Shown here: piece after piece, positions 11,801 to 27,050 of the stretch
Layout: each line of letters begins with the position of its first letter
How positions within the stretch are numbered: the stretch's first letter is position 1
Assembly: GCF_006345805.1 (NCBI RefSeq)
Contig: NC_043009.1
Span: 17,484,001-17,548,000 of the forward strand
DNA length: 64,000 nucleotides
Direction of reading: 5' to 3'
Source of the DNA: Octopus sinensis
Lineage: Eukaryota
Notes under the pieces: model-generated
The model's input: the letters and a program-made list of their open reading frames with translations, nothing else
What the model was told of the DNA's origin: nothing
The model's database searches: none
Made by a program: the position numbers and the translations under genes

Positions 11801-14800
11801 GTGTTTCCCATTCCAGAATGTTAATGTATTGGCTTCCAGACTTGAAGTATCACTTGAAACTTGGCTGTCCTGCATAGCTGTGCGGCATATTCAACCTTGA
11901 ATTTTATGTAAAAAAACCTGAGAAGTTTCCAAAAGATCCCCCCAATCACCACCTCCACAACTTAAAAAAAAAGAAAAGGATTTAATAATAATAAAACCAG
12001 AAAGAAAAAGAAAGCTTTGTTTACATCCCTGAGCCACATTCCCTGCTATCAGTTTGTAAGAAGTGAACTCTCTAAGGGAAACCATGTGCAGTACAAATGC
12101 CAATGAACATAAAGTTCTGATAATCAGTTGCATTCAGTTGCTTCACCTTTCACAGCCAAAGAGATTGGTTAGGGAAACAATAACTTGGAGGTATTTGAAG
12201 CTAATATGATGAGCCTGCACAATATTTTTAAAGTTTTGAAAAGGTTTATCAGTGAACACCTGCCATACTTCAGCTGATACTGGAAGAAAATCCACCAATA
12301 ATTTACACTAACCTTGAATCAATTACTAAGTAATTTTCTATTCAAACACCCCACCACCACCACCACTACCACCACCAACATAACAACAACAACAACAACC
12401 ACCATTCTTGTCACCATTTAAATTCAGTACTTGGCTGGTTGTAAGCAACTAGTCTCTTTGATTCCTGCCTAAAGTATACATACACACACATATACGCATG
12501 CACCATATATGTGTGTGTATGCATGAGTGTGTGTGTATGTGTGTGTGAGTTGTTACAGCCCAATACAAATGTTTAGATACATATATGTATATATGATCAA
12601 ATATATATACAAATATATTTTAAAAAATTAGATATATATATATATACATATATCAAAAAAAAAATGATGGAAGAAGATAAAGATAAGTTTTGAAAAAGAA
12701 ATTGTTGCGAACCAGAATATATCCGACTATTCTTTTCTATTATAAATTTTATGAGAAAATAAAAATACAGATGAATAGAAAATAAAAGCAATAAGGTAGA
12801 AAATCTGTGAAAATACCACAACCTCCATTAACTGATTAAAAAAGAACAAAAAAAAAGACATTGATAAGGATCATGATTTCAAACTACATACAATTAAAAA
12901 AGAAAAGGTAATTTATAAAAATCTGGTAAATTATTTCACACAAAATTGTTTTGTTTGAACTTAAATATTAGTTAATCTCTCTCACTTTCTCATAGCCAAA
13001 AGCAAGCAAATATAGTCAGTTTAACAGAAAGTAATTCCAGTAATATCATCACACTATCCTGAAGTAAGCATTCTTCTATGTACTTTGGAGTATAAAGAAG
13101 AATGTTTATTTGAGCAGACAATACATCACAATGATTCTGTATGAAGGAATTTCACCTAGCTTCCATAGACAGTAAATGTCCTGTCTAATTCAAATATAAT
13201 ACACTGAAAATAAGTTAAAAACCAAAAGGGGCAGGATGACCATAAGGTGTTCTGGAATTGGTTCGAGTGGAAGTAGTCTGTTTCTGATGCTACTCAATCT
13301 TTATCATCGTTATGAAGTCATAACAGCTGTTTTCTTGGTTATAAAAATCTCTGATGACCAATTTGAAGGAAAGCAAACGGTAGAAGGAAATGAGGCTGGT
13401 TTAAACTCAACACACTGAGGATAGTGAGTCAGCCCCGCAACACAAGTCACAAAGACTTCCAGTGTAAGAACTATTTACAATGTTACATTTAATGAAAAAC
13501 TGAGTTTATATATATATAAAAAAAAAAAATTAGTGGTGGTGATGGTGGATGGCACAATGATAAACTACTAAGTTAATACTAAAGATAGAAGTTGGGAAAA
13601 TCATGTCTGTTCTGGATAAATAAAAGTGAAGTTGGGAACCTGAATATTGAACTCAGTTTTCTAGCACAACCAACATAGAAAATTTGAAGCTGTGATGTTA
13701 ATATCTTACCTAATCAAACTGAGAAAGAAGTTTGAACAGTGATGAGCACATTTTGTGAGAAACTTAACACTGCACTTAGGTACAAGTATCTCAATTTTAT
13801 AAAAGAGGTGTTTAACCGAATAAACAAATTCCAAAGTATTACAATATACTTAATTTATTGTTTTAAGTGATAAATAGAAAATCAACCAGGGTAAAGTGTG
13901 CTCAGAACAATATAGAATAACACTTGAGAGGCAGAAGTTGATTTCATATCAGTAGAATATTAACAGTAAATTTCAGAATCCAACTAATGGCCTAATGAGG
14001 ATCTGTTCATGAAAAACCAACAGACCAAAGAAATATAGTAGGAAAGCCTAAAAGTGGCTATGGGCACTGATCCATCTAATGAACAATGAAAAAAGAAAAA
14101 TGATGCATATTACCTCCCATCTCAGAATGGATTAAAATTAAAAACGCATGAAACTATTAAAAAAAAGTCTCATTAGAATACACAACCAAGAATTTTAGAT
14201 ATTACACATTACCTTTCAACTATAAAAAAGCATAGTTGAGTTTCAGTAAGATTATATTTAATGGTATATAATTGTATGTGTGTGTGTGTGTGTGTGTTTG
14301 TATTTTGATAGATATAGAGTGATAGAAAGATATATAGTGGGCTCTGTTTTGCAGAGAGATTTCACATTATTTAACACCCCACTCCAGTTTTAAACTATAT
14401 CTCAGAATACATACCATCCTCTTGCCATGTCCAAAGATACCTCTTAAAAAAAAATAAAATAAAATAAAGTGAATCACCAGATCTTTTTTGCCAACAGCTG
14501 ATCTTGGCTGATGTATGGGGAAGGGCGTATCATGTCATCTTATTGAAACAATAAACATATCTTGTTGCTATCATTCATTGATAGCCATAACATGAATAAC
14601 TTTGAAACTGGTGGAATGGAATTCATATTTTGATTAACACATACAAATATATATTTGACCCTGGTGACAGTGATTTCTTGAACAGAAAAACATTACATAT
14701 GTTTGAGGACTGTGTTCTTCCCTGCTTATATGGTTACAATATTACCTCAGGAACTGTAGAGATAAAAGCAACATCACTGGCTGACAATTACAATATACTA

Positions 14801-15070
14801 CACTTATAATATACACAAATACTATATACAGAGGAACTGACAACTTAGTCTGAATAAATCCTTAACCACCCATATTAACAAACTTTTATCAAAGTTGTTT
14901 ATTGGTTTTCTTTCCTTAATTCCTTAAAGACAATAGAAGAAACCATCAGGAAATACCTGGAATAATTTGAGAATTATTTTCATGATTATTTATGCTTCAT
15001 GTGTTGTTAATTTTCATACCAGATATGAACCATAAATAACTTCTTTCCTTTTCTTATTTTACCTCAAATT

Positions 15071-15109
<39 letters not shown>

Positions 15110-15829
15110 TTACTAATAATAATTCTTTCAACTATAGGCACAAGGCCCGAAATTTTCTGAGAAGAAGGATGAAAGGCAGAGAAATTTCTTCATAGTTTCT
15201 AGGTAATTAGTGTTGATTAATTGACTGGGGCAGTTATGAAAAACAAAGAAAAAGAGAAAAAGTAAACAGGTAAATTCGGCCATAAAGAATTAGAAATATT
15301 CAGATAACAGATAGTGATAGTAGTAGTAGTAATAATAATAATAACAACAACAGTAATATCAATAAAGTGGATGATGACGACGATGATGAAAATTTTAAAA
15401 AATGATATTATGGATGGAAGAAATAATAAGATAAAAGTTCAATGGAACTCGTCAACAAAAATCCAGAAAAGGATCTGTGAAGAATTTAATTTAAAATTTA
15501 CAAAAAAAAAAAAAGATAAATAAAAAAAATTAATAAAGAAATAAAATAAAACACCACAGACATTTCAATAGACTTCTTCATTCTTTCATAGTTAATCATC
15601 ACTCTCATAAAAACTTATCAATTAAGGACATCGATGCCACTTAAACTGCCATGCATCTTTTGCAATAATTCCAAAATATAAATATATATACTGAAATCTA
15701 CACACAACTCTCAAAGTGTATATAAGTAAGTAAACACATATGCTGACATACTTATTTGTTTTAATTAGTATATAACGAATAATATCGTATTCTGGTAATT
15801 AATATAGTTGTAGTTTGAATGAGGGACTG

Positions 15830-16952
15830 CCAGTAAACATACATATGTAAAAACATATGATGTGCATATATAGGCATACACACACACATTGTGTATATAA
15901 ATACATGTATGCATATATATACACATACAAAAATACATGTATGCATATATATACACAAATATACACATACATACACATATATAGATACATACATATACAT
16001 GTATAGATACATATACATATATAGATACATATACATATATAGATACATACATATACATATATAGATACATACATACACACACACATATATATATAGATAC
16101 ATACATACACACACACATATATATATATATACATATATATAAATATATACATATATACATATATATAAATATATACATATATACATATATATAAATATAT
16201 ACATATATACATATATACAAACATATACATTTATAGATACATACATATACATATATATATACATACATATACATATATATATACATACATATACATATAT
16301 ATATACAATATATATATATATATATATCATATATATATATATACATACATATATATATATATACATACATATATATATATATACATACATATATATATAC
16401 ATACATATATATATATATACATACATATATATATATATACATACATATATATATATATTACATACATATATATATATATATACATACATTATATATATAT
16501 ACATACTATATATATATATATACATACATATATATATATATTATACATACATATATATATATATACATACATATATATATATATATACATACATATATAT
16601 ATATATACATACATATATATATATACATACATATATATATATACATACATATATATATATATACATACATATATATATATACATACATATATATATATAT
16701 ACATACATACATATATATATATACATACATACTATATATATATACATACATATATATATATATACATACATATATATATATATATATACATACATAATAT
16801 ATATATATATATATACATACATATATATATATATATATACATACATATATATATATATATATACATACATATATAATATATATACACATACATATATATA
16901 TTATAATACATATATATATACATACAACATACATATATATATATACTACATA

Positions 16953-16984
<32 letters not shown>

Positions 16985-17268
16985 CACATACATATATATA
17001 TATATACAATATATATATATATAATATACATATATATATATATATACCATATATATATATATACATACATATATATATATATATATACATACAATATATA
17101 TATATATACATACATATATATATACATATATATATATATACATACATATATATATATACATACATTATATATATATACATACATACATATATATATATAC
17201 ATACATATATATATATACATACATATATATATACATGCATATACATATAGATATACATACATATATAT

Positions 17269-17304
<36 letters not shown>

Positions 17305-17405
17305 TATACACATACATATATATATACATGCATATATATATATATATACATATACACATACAAATATACATATATAATATACATGTATGTATGTATGTAT
17401 GTATG

Positions 17406-17469
<64 letters not shown>

Positions 17470-17544
17470 ATTATATATTTGTTGTGCAAGATTTTTTATG
17501 TGAAGTCGTGTGTTGAAACAGATATTGTTATATTTCGGAATGGC

Positions 17545-17606
<62 letters not shown>

Positions 17607-17890
17607 TATATATATGCATACACACACACACACATATATATATGCATACACATATATATATGCATTTATAAATGCATATGTATACATTTATAAATGCATA
17701 TATATATATATACATATGTATATAGATACATATATATACATGTATGTATGTTTACGCATATTATATATAAACATCAAGACATATAAATACATACCTATAT
17801 ATTCATACATACAGGTATACACATACACACACACAAATATATACACATTGTCATAAAGATAGACATATAAATATGCATGTATTCATAAAC
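15830..17890. repeat. ~2 kb (TA)n/(TACA)n compound microsatellite
   Basis: Directly visible. It is the source of the YI/MYV ORFs in the track. Confidence 0.98.
17475..17543 (-). mobile_element. Terminal fragment of the Penelope pLTR family seen at 48.0 kb, embedded in the TA array
   Basis: tatttgttgtgcaagattttttatgtgaagtcgtgtgttgaaacagatattgttatatttcggaatgg is identical to 48002-48069. Confidence 0.85.
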
Positions 17891-20800
17891 ATAAATAAAT
17901 ACATGTTCAAAAAATAACACACATATACCGGGACATTCTTTAGTAACAGAATTATTATTGTTGTTGTAATCATTTTCATGAAAATCATCATCATCATCAT
18001 CATCATAAATATATTTTTGCTTGTTCTTATCCCAGAACTTTATTGAAATAATGGTTTTTTAAAATGCAAAACAAAGTGTTTAATAGTCACTAGTACAAAG
18101 TTTGAAGCCTGAGATTTTGAGGTGAGCAGGGAGACCAGCGTTAGCAACATAAATGAATTAAGTTTCCAACTAGAAATGGCAAGTAGATTGTGAACTCAGT
18201 GTATTGGGATCTTACCTTTGTAATATACCTGCCATGCACTCTACACTAACGAGTATGATTCCCAACAAAATTACGAGGTCACACATTGTGTAGGAGAAGG
18301 TATGTCTATTTAATCCAACTCCATATTTGACTGCTGCTTATTAATTTTTTAAAACAAAGATAGAGGTTTGGTTTTTGCCAGAGTAAACTAAATGCTGTGA
18401 AAGTTGTTTCTTTTTTTTCTGGTATTCTACCATTTCTGCCATAATAGTTCTTAGTGTCCACTAATCTCTCTCACTTTATTGGAAATTAATATTATAAAAA
18501 AAAAATTAATATGGAAAATGAAGTGAATAAACTGAGAGGGAAAGTGAAGTTATTTAAATAGATTGTTCAAGTTATAGTTCAGTTCTTTGGTTTTTGTAAC
18601 AGTTATTCTGTTAAGTAGAACATTAGTTGACTATCAGTTCAAGCTCCATATAAAACACTTTACTAACCTTTAGATTAAAATGAAATTAAGGAAAATGCAG
18701 TTATAGAGCTTTAGAAAACTTACTGTAAGTGTTATGTTATGAGGCAAAATAGTAGGTGAGTGAAAAATAGTTATCAAAATCAAAAACTCTTTGTAAAGTT
18801 TCATTATAAATGATAACAGTATAATATTGCTAAGAGGAAATGTTGCATGAGAATCTCTGTATTAGGAAGATTCCATGGGGCAGTTGTATGGACTGAGAGA
18901 GTTTTATCTTTCAAGATTGTCTGGTACATAGGAGCATAAAGAATAGGGTTAGCCATGTCTGTGACTGTAACACAAGTACAGTGGAAGTAAGTAGGTAGTA
19001 AACTGGGAATGGGGACAGAGGTAGTTGATAGAAATATAGACAAGTTGAATTTTTATTTGTAATATTACAATGTAATTTGAGAAAGATCTTTAGAAATGTC
19101 TAGGAGCAAACTCCATGAAATATGAATAGTATCACATGTTTATCAGCATCATGCAAGCCAGAAGATGAGTGAAAACACATATGGTTCAGAAATGCTCTAA
19201 TCAAATATAGAGTTGTGTGTGTGTGTGTGTGTAGCTTACCATACTATTGAGAAAGGTACTTGATTTCTATGTCTTGGTTATAGATAAGGGGTAGAGTTAA
19301 GTGATGGTGGTAACAGCAGATGAAATATCTCATAGTTTTAAAGCAGCTGAAGTAAAAGAAATGGGAAAAGTGTTCCTTGTTAATTCTAAATTAGCTTGAA
19401 GCAGTATTGTCACTGGAAATTCTATTATTTACTTTTTATTATTCATTTTTACTTGAGGTGTATAACGAAGAATTAACCAGACACATGTTAAAAGTCATTC
19501 AGCATGAGAGACAGTGGGGATGAAGGAGAGAAACTCAGAATTTGATTGTGAGAAATAAAAAAAAAATGGATGAGTGTTATAGACGGGTGAGCTAACAAAA
19601 TATCCTAACACTAGAACAACTTCCTCTCTTTTAATAGCACAATTATCCTTATAATGAACAGGTACATGTGAAGTAGTTGTCACTTCTATAAGCAGTATGG
19701 GTACTATTTTGTTCATTTACAATGTTGGACTCAAATAGTCTTGTGAGCTTGAATAAAATATTGATAACATTAATCAGGTCATAATCACGTGGTGTCCATT
19801 GGATTACATAGAGCATTACAATGGCAAACAAAGCCAAGTATGATTGCAACACAGCTGTATTGCTGATGAGCATTTAATATGAAACTAAATCTAATTTATT
19901 TATCTTTTTGAGGACAATGCTTTACTAACTAAATGTACTGCACTGGTGTTTTACTAAATAACTAATTTCTACATTTTACTTTAAAATCATCATTTGGTAT
20001 CATATATATGTATATATATTTGCTTTCCTCTAAATACCCTATTACATAATACAGTCTAATTTAGACTAAGTTAATTTTCAAAAGATATTGTTCCAGTCTG
20101 CTACAAGACACTTTGATAAGTTTACATTTCAAAAGAAATACTTGGTCAGACAAAAGTAGCTCGCGACACAGTAACATTTCCGATAAGTACTTTGTAGATT
20201 TCTCAGAGACAAAACAAAAAAAAAGAGAGGAAAGTAAGATATTTAATGAAATGAAACAAAGATAAAACATTGAGTCTAGGCTTATAAGTGTTGCAGAATG
20301 TATCTTCCATCAACATCAGAAGCAACAGAAAGGAAAACCAGTTGAGAAGAAGCAGATATTTTAAAGCTAACAAACTAAATTTACACAAACCTAAAATTTA
20401 CACACACACACACGCACATGCGCACACACACAGAGAACAAAATAGACTTTTTTTAAAAAAAAGCATATATTACTATTCTAGAATAAATTTACACACATAG
20501 AATAAAACACAACCAAAAGAAATACAAAATAAAGGTAGGGCAGACAACTTCATTGATTTTTGTTAAAGTTCATTGCTGTCTTAAGCTAGTATAATTGTAA
20601 AAATAAACTCTATACACATTATGATGAAGAAAAACAAACATATTCATCAGATATATAACAAAATGAAGTTTTCGCATTAGTTAAAATGGGAAAGTAAACT
20701 GGACTGGTTATTTGAAAGACTTAACTGTGACCAGTTCCTCACCACTAAAGATGTTCACTAGACACCATTACATCATATTTCTTTGTAGAGGAAGAGTTCT

Positions 20801-22084
20801 GATAGAGTGCTTGCTATTAAGTCTGTACATAAAGATGGTTGAGTAACAATACTTAATTGCAGCATATGTTTGAGCAGTTGCTATATAAACAAAATTATGA
20901 AGTGGTGGGTAACAAATTCAAATGATATAACAGCCATAATCTATTCTGCCCCTCTCAGACTACCAATCTCCAAAAAACACATCTTTTTTTTTTATCCAAG
21001 ACAAAAGAAAGAATTTTGATACACTAAGTGTTTTGACAATAAATCCCTGAAATTTTTATTCTGAAGAGTCCCTATAAGGTTATGTACAAATTGCACAAAT
21101 CTGAGAGACAAGGTGACTAACAAGGAACCTTACTATTTTATCCATGATTTACTCAACAGCAACACTGACTTTACTACAGCATTTTTTATGAGCATTATTC
21201 AGAGCTGATACTGTTGTAACTGTAGATAGACAAAGTGATCCAGCAAATGCTAGCTCATTAACACTGATTTTCAAAAGTAACATCTGGTTTGATCAAAACT
21301 TCACTGATCAAAGAGCACACACACACATTTTACAGGTAAGTTACACTAGAAATGGGTCATTTTTTTTTATTAAGCTGAATTGAGTGGAGAGGTCATTTAT
21401 GCATTGATAGCTAAGACTTAAAGACCTTAAAACTTAGCCTTAAACAATTTTTACCATGATGCACACTGGAAAAAGACCGGCTGACATTGCTGACAAACAA
21501 TTGATAGATAAATGGAAGGACAATTAAAGAAATGAACCACGAGTAGTTCAAAAACAGAATCACCACACTTAACACAGGGTTTTCTTACTCTCTCCTAGAT
21601 ATTAATTTTAGGGGATGCTGATGCTACTGGTGGACAGGAAGAAGGAAACAAAATCATTCACAATATATAAGAAATTTCACTTTTATAATCCTTCACTTAC
21701 TCGAGAAGAAATATGGAGTAATAAGTGATAAAACTTAAACAGTTTTGTTTATCAAGGTTATAGTTTATATGCTTTTCCAGTCTGGTTATGTTAAGAGTTA
21801 GGTGCTTGAATTTGAAGTTGACTCATGAGATGCAGAATATTATAGGTTATTGTTGTTGTTGTTGGTGGTGGTCGTGATTTGATTTTTAGTAGTAGCTATG
21901 TGGTTCCAAGCAATAACGAAACTAATTCTTTCTCACATTGCAAGGATCTACTGGACTGGTGTTCAACTTTAGTTTCTGTAATAACTGGATGAGACAAATC
22001 TCTGCTATAATCTGGATACTAATGTCATCATAACTTACCCAGAAGATATGAGTACTTCTTCCTCACAGTTAGGTGAACAGAGAT

Positions 22085-22187
22085 AATGTAGAGTTAAGTG
22101 TCCTGAACAGAAACAATGAAACACTTAGAGTGGATTTGAATTCACAACCTATGAGTTGTCAGTTGAATACCTTATCCACTTGGCCAA
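22085..22187 (-). mobile_element. Old tRNA-derived SINE head (MIR/CORE-like)
   Basis: The minus strand reads TGGCCAAGTGGataagg...gaattcaaatcc...caggacacttaac, i.e. A box, B box and a CORE-like cacttaac motif. Confidence 0.5.
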
Positions 22188-23121
22188 GCAATATTATGAA
22201 AATAAGTAGAGGTTGTTCATCTATGCTATAAACCATTTTCATATCTGGCCACATGTTAGTTACTAAATGAGTACATACCATGTAGCTAGTGAAATATCTT
22301 TTAGCCATGCAGAACCTGAAAGATTTGCAAAAAAATAATAGTTGAGAAATGAGTTGAAAGAATTATAACTACAAATTATTGAAATGGTTGTTAATTAAGA
22401 GATTGTAATAAAATGTTATAATAATAAATGAAATAAACTAAAGAAGATGTTGGGAGTGTGGTGAGGAATATAAGTATAAAATCTAATAAGGCAACTCATT
22501 ATGCTGATTAGAAATTATTGCCATGCGAGATGGTGACCTGCCATTTCTAAGTTAGAACCAACACCTGCCATTGTAAGATCAATATTGGAGTATAGATATA
22601 TGTTGAAAACTGTACAATACTATCAGTGTTTTGTGTAAAGGAAGAGAAAATTCCCACCAAAAATACCTGCAAACAAATAAGAGGCATAAGAATAATAGAG
22701 TAGGTTGTTTCTTTGGTGTATTCTGATATTGCAAAAATGAGAAAGGAAAAAAAAAAGGAAAGGTGGGAAAGTAGAATTCAGTAATAATATTGACAAAGTT
22801 TTGCTTTCCTTCTTTTTGTTTGTTTTTTTTTCTTCTTTTTTTTTTGTTGGATTGAAATTAAAAAAGAAATACATTGGTTTAAATGTTTAAGAAACAAATT
22901 GTAAAAATGTAGAATGATAATTTAGTAAAGAAATCATCAAAAGACAAAATGTATTTAATGTTTGCTTGGCATGAAAGAAATATGGTAAAATGAATGTTGA
23001 CAAGTTGTAAGGGTCAAACAATGGGCAAGAGAAAAAGCCAAGTGGTTGTTGTGGGTTGGGGCAATGGTGAAGGAAGAAAGGATCAGATGTTAGAGATGCA
23101 CAACCATTTCATTGTTTTTGC

Positions 23122-23167
<46 letters not shown>

Positions 23168-24827
23168 TATATATACATATGTATATATATATATACACAC
23201 AAACACATATGTACATGTACGTGTGAATATATATATATATCTAAAGATAGATACTTATATATGCATAAAAGACTTATCAAAGGGATATAAATACTTCCTA
23301 CCAGAAGACCAATGGGCAATGTTTAGCCTTGTGATGAAGAGAAGGGTAAAAACCAAAATACAAAGAGAGCTAATTAAATAAATTTTTCTGTAATCTCTTC
23401 CCTTTTTAGTTTAAGCATGGAAACAGCAAATAACTATTGCGGTAAAGTCTTTGGGGGAAGTAAAACTTCACAATATTTATTAAAATTCAATTGCAAGGCC
23501 AGTGAAATCCTTTTCTCAAAAACATTTGTTAAATTGTTGCTAATTTAAAAAAAAAATTCCTTCTTGCATTTTTCTTCCACTTTGCATAAATTGTAGATAA
23601 AACTGCATAAGTTTCAGAGACTGAATGCAGTCAACAAACTAATCTTTAAAAAAAAAGAGAAGTCTCAAAGTTTAATCAAGAATTTGATTATTCATGATAT
23701 ATATACATACATGTATGTATATATGTGTGTATGTATGTGTGTGTGTGTGTGTTATATATATATATATATATATACACACAAACACATGCACTGTGTAATG
23801 AGAGGTCCACATAGTTTACATAGCATGGCACAAAGGTCATAGATAAAGTGTGGGTATTCTAGTCATCCATAAACATGCAGAGTTAAGTGATTCTCACTGG
23901 TAAGTAGATCCTGGACTGGTTTACAATATAATAGATATTGATATTTTATTTCTTTATTAGATAATTAAGAATATTAGTTAATATAGATAGGGCAGTGGTA
24001 TAAAAACTGAAAATCAAGGTAGAGAATTGGAGGGAAAAAATAGAAAATAATTCACAAAAAACAAATTATGAATAAAAATGAAAAGAGTTTTAACTGGTTG
24101 TAGAAAGCATAAGAATAATAGAATATCTAAGATAGATATTATGTAAGTATTTAGTTACTTTGGTTTCTTACAGGCAATAAAGCATACACACACACAAACA
24201 CACACAGCAACTGAGAGGGAAGTAAAAGTTCAGTAATACTGCATGAAAAGAATTCCACATTTTCATCTTTTCTCAGAAATAGAAGACGCAATAGAGACAA
24301 TGTTAGATGTGGCAATAGTATATTTTCAAGATAATTACTTTAAAATATGTGTAAATATATATCCATGCAAATATTAATAGGATCCACAAAAAAATTCTCC
24401 ATCCAGTGAGAGATAAATATCATTTAATAAACACAGCATTTAAATAGCTTCATGCCCAGGAAATACAATTTGACAGATTTATTTTTCATGTGTGCAAGGA
24501 ATCTTTCAAGGTCAGATGTCTAGGTTCCTGAAGGATTGCTTGGAGACATAAGATATGATAAATAAATCTACCAAAATACTTTGTGCCATCAGCATGAAAC
24601 TATTGGTAGCTCATTTTAAATACTGTGCATATTAAATGATATGCTTGCACACACAGTCACACACATATGCATGTGTGTGTGTGTGTCTATATATATATAT
24701 AGATATACATGTACGTGTATATAAACATACATATATATGTCTGCGTGTATATATAAATATGTGTACATAAACATATATGTATGTATGTGTATATATGTGT
24801 ATGTGCATATTTATATATATATATATA

Positions 24828-25212
24828 TACTCTTCACTCTTTTACTCTTTAATTTGTTTCAGTCATTTGACTGCAGAATGCTGGAGCACCACCTTTTGTC
24901 AAACAAATAGACCCCAGCCTAGTACTTATTCTAACAGTCTCTTTTGCCGAACCACTAAATTATGGAGACGTAAACAGACCAGCATTGGTTGTCAAGCAAT
25001 GGTGGGAAGGACACACACACACACAAACATACACACATATATATATACAACAGGCTTCTTTCAGTTTCCATCTACCAAATCAACTCACAGGGCTTTGGTT
25101 GGCACAAGGCTATAGTAGAAGACAGCTGCACAAGGTGCCATGCAGTAGGACTGAACTCAGAACCATGTGGTTGGTAAGCAACCTAATTACTGCACACCAT
25201 TCCTGCTCCTAT
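24828..25212 (-). mobile_element. Octopus tRNA-derived SINE (OK/OR-type), full length
   Basis: Minus-strand head aggagcaggaatggtgtgcagtaa...ggttctgagttcagtcc and a tgactgaaacaaa...agag tail. Homologous to the copies at 31066, 35684, 56559 and 57521. Confidence 0.9.
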
Positions 25213-25218
25213 ACATAG

Positions 25219-25259
<41 letters not shown>

Positions 25260-25300
25260 TATATAATAAATATATAAATATATATATATATATATATAAC

Positions 25301-25331
<31 letters not shown>

Positions 25332-25337
25332 CATATA

Positions 25338-25705
25338 GAATATGGGATTTAGTTCACTGGTGATCTAAACAAATAGGTATGCTGGGTAAAGTGCTGTAAC
25401 AGAATATCATGGTTCCAAGCTCAACTGAGACAGGAGCTATGCATCTATTTTAGGTTTCTGATTTAGCCGATATATATGAGATAGTGGTCGGCAAACGCAG
25501 AGTCTTAACAAGCATCTTAATTCATATTGATTATCTCATATTATTCTTAATTTAGCTGAAGCCTTACAGCTGTTTCTGGGATCTCCAAGTGATAAGCGAG
25601 TATCCCTGAATATGGGGTATTCCGTCATCAGAGAGAAGCAGAGATGATATGAAAGATCAAGACATGGAAAATTTGCAGATAATAAGCAACGAAATAGAAG
25701 AGTAT
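25338..25705 (-). mobile_element. Probable Penelope-like pLTR fragment in a TA microsatellite
   Basis: Non-repetitive island flanked by (TA)n. It carries a hammerhead motif, and its 25340-25460 part is homologous to 40404-40520. Confidence 0.6.
25562..25634 (-). ncRNA. Minimal type I hammerhead ribozyme motif
   Basis: The minus strand reads UCU CUGAUGA CGGAAU...AUCCCA GAAA CAGCUG UA AGG. It has an intact core, palindromic helix III ACAGCUGU, a GUA site (cleavage between 25565 and 25564) and a 3-bp helix I. Helix II has two mismatches. Confidence 0.75.
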
Positions 25706-26659
25706 ATATATATGTATGTATACATATATATTACATGGAAAAATCTGAGCAAGAGAAATAATATTCTTAAGGTTATAAACCTGGAAAATACAGGACAAGT
25801 TATTACATCTGGTTAAGTACAGAAAAAGAAAATTCTTACTTAAAATATTGCAGCTAACGATAAAATTTCAAATAAAATATTTAGATTTAGAAAATAGCTT
25901 TTAATAAAACTAATAATTTTATCACTTTATTACTTCTACTTGTTATTACTTGTTACTTCTATTAAAAATAACTCAAAATATTTTTTGCACTTTAAAAAAA
26001 TTCATTTTTTAAAATTAATATTTAGAAATTTGAAAATACATTATAAAAAATAATAGTAGTACTTAATTAGTGCAATAAATATAATACAAAAATTAGTTAT
26101 ATATTACAGTAAAATCTACCTATAACAACAAATTCATAGTAAAATTTGCTTGAGTTACTGCCAAGTCTTCACATATTTAGTCTTGACCCAATGACTATAT
26201 TTTAGATAATGAATTTGCCTACCATATATGCTATTCTTCTTAGCATTAAACTTTAGCTATATTGGTACTTCTGGCTCTCATTTTTTAAGTATTCTGGTTT
26301 TTCAATATTTTAACAAAATGATGGTACCTTTTTAATTATGATGCTACTTTGTAAATTAAAATCTAATAATTTTCAATATTCAAATTTTATCCTTAGTTGC
26401 AACATTTTAAAGTAAAACTTTTCTTGTTCTGTACTTCACCAGATGTAATAATTTGTCCTGAACTTTTCCAAGTGTAATAACTTGTCCTATACTTTTCCAG
26501 ATTTATAATCTTAAGAATATTATTTCTCTTGTTCGCATTTTTCCATGTAATCCACGATTTTCACAGGCTATGCTATTATACTAATTAATAATGTCAGTTA
26601 ATAATCTAAGAGTTTACCTTATTGAAAATTGAATAATAAATTTAAAGTGTTGTTGTTGT

Positions 26660-26775
26660 TGCTGTGTGTGAGAGAGAGGTAGAGAGAGAATGACTACATT
26701 TTTTTATTTTTCCTCATATCTTTTTTGAGTGTGAGTGATTAACTGACAGAGAGGTGTGTGTGTTGTCAGAAAGAA

Positions 26776-26810
<35 letters not shown>

Positions 26811-26879
26811 TGATAGCATAAATGTTATTTACTTTTTTTTGCATCGTTTTTAGATTGATTGACTAAGAGAGGTGTTGTC

Positions 26880-26925
<46 letters not shown>

Positions 26926-27050
26926 GAGAAGGGAGAAAGTGGTAGCATAAATTTTTTTTTATTTTAGTTTTTCTTGCATCTTTTTTAGTGAGTGTGAGTG
27001 ATTGACTGAGACAGAGAGCAGGAGAGGAGGTGTTGCCATGTATGTGTAAA
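26660..27050. repeat. Triplicated ~130-150 bp unit containing (GA)n
   Basis: (GA)n...gatagcataaat...tttttgcatc...gattgactga...gaggtgttg recurs three times with divergence. Confidence 0.7.
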
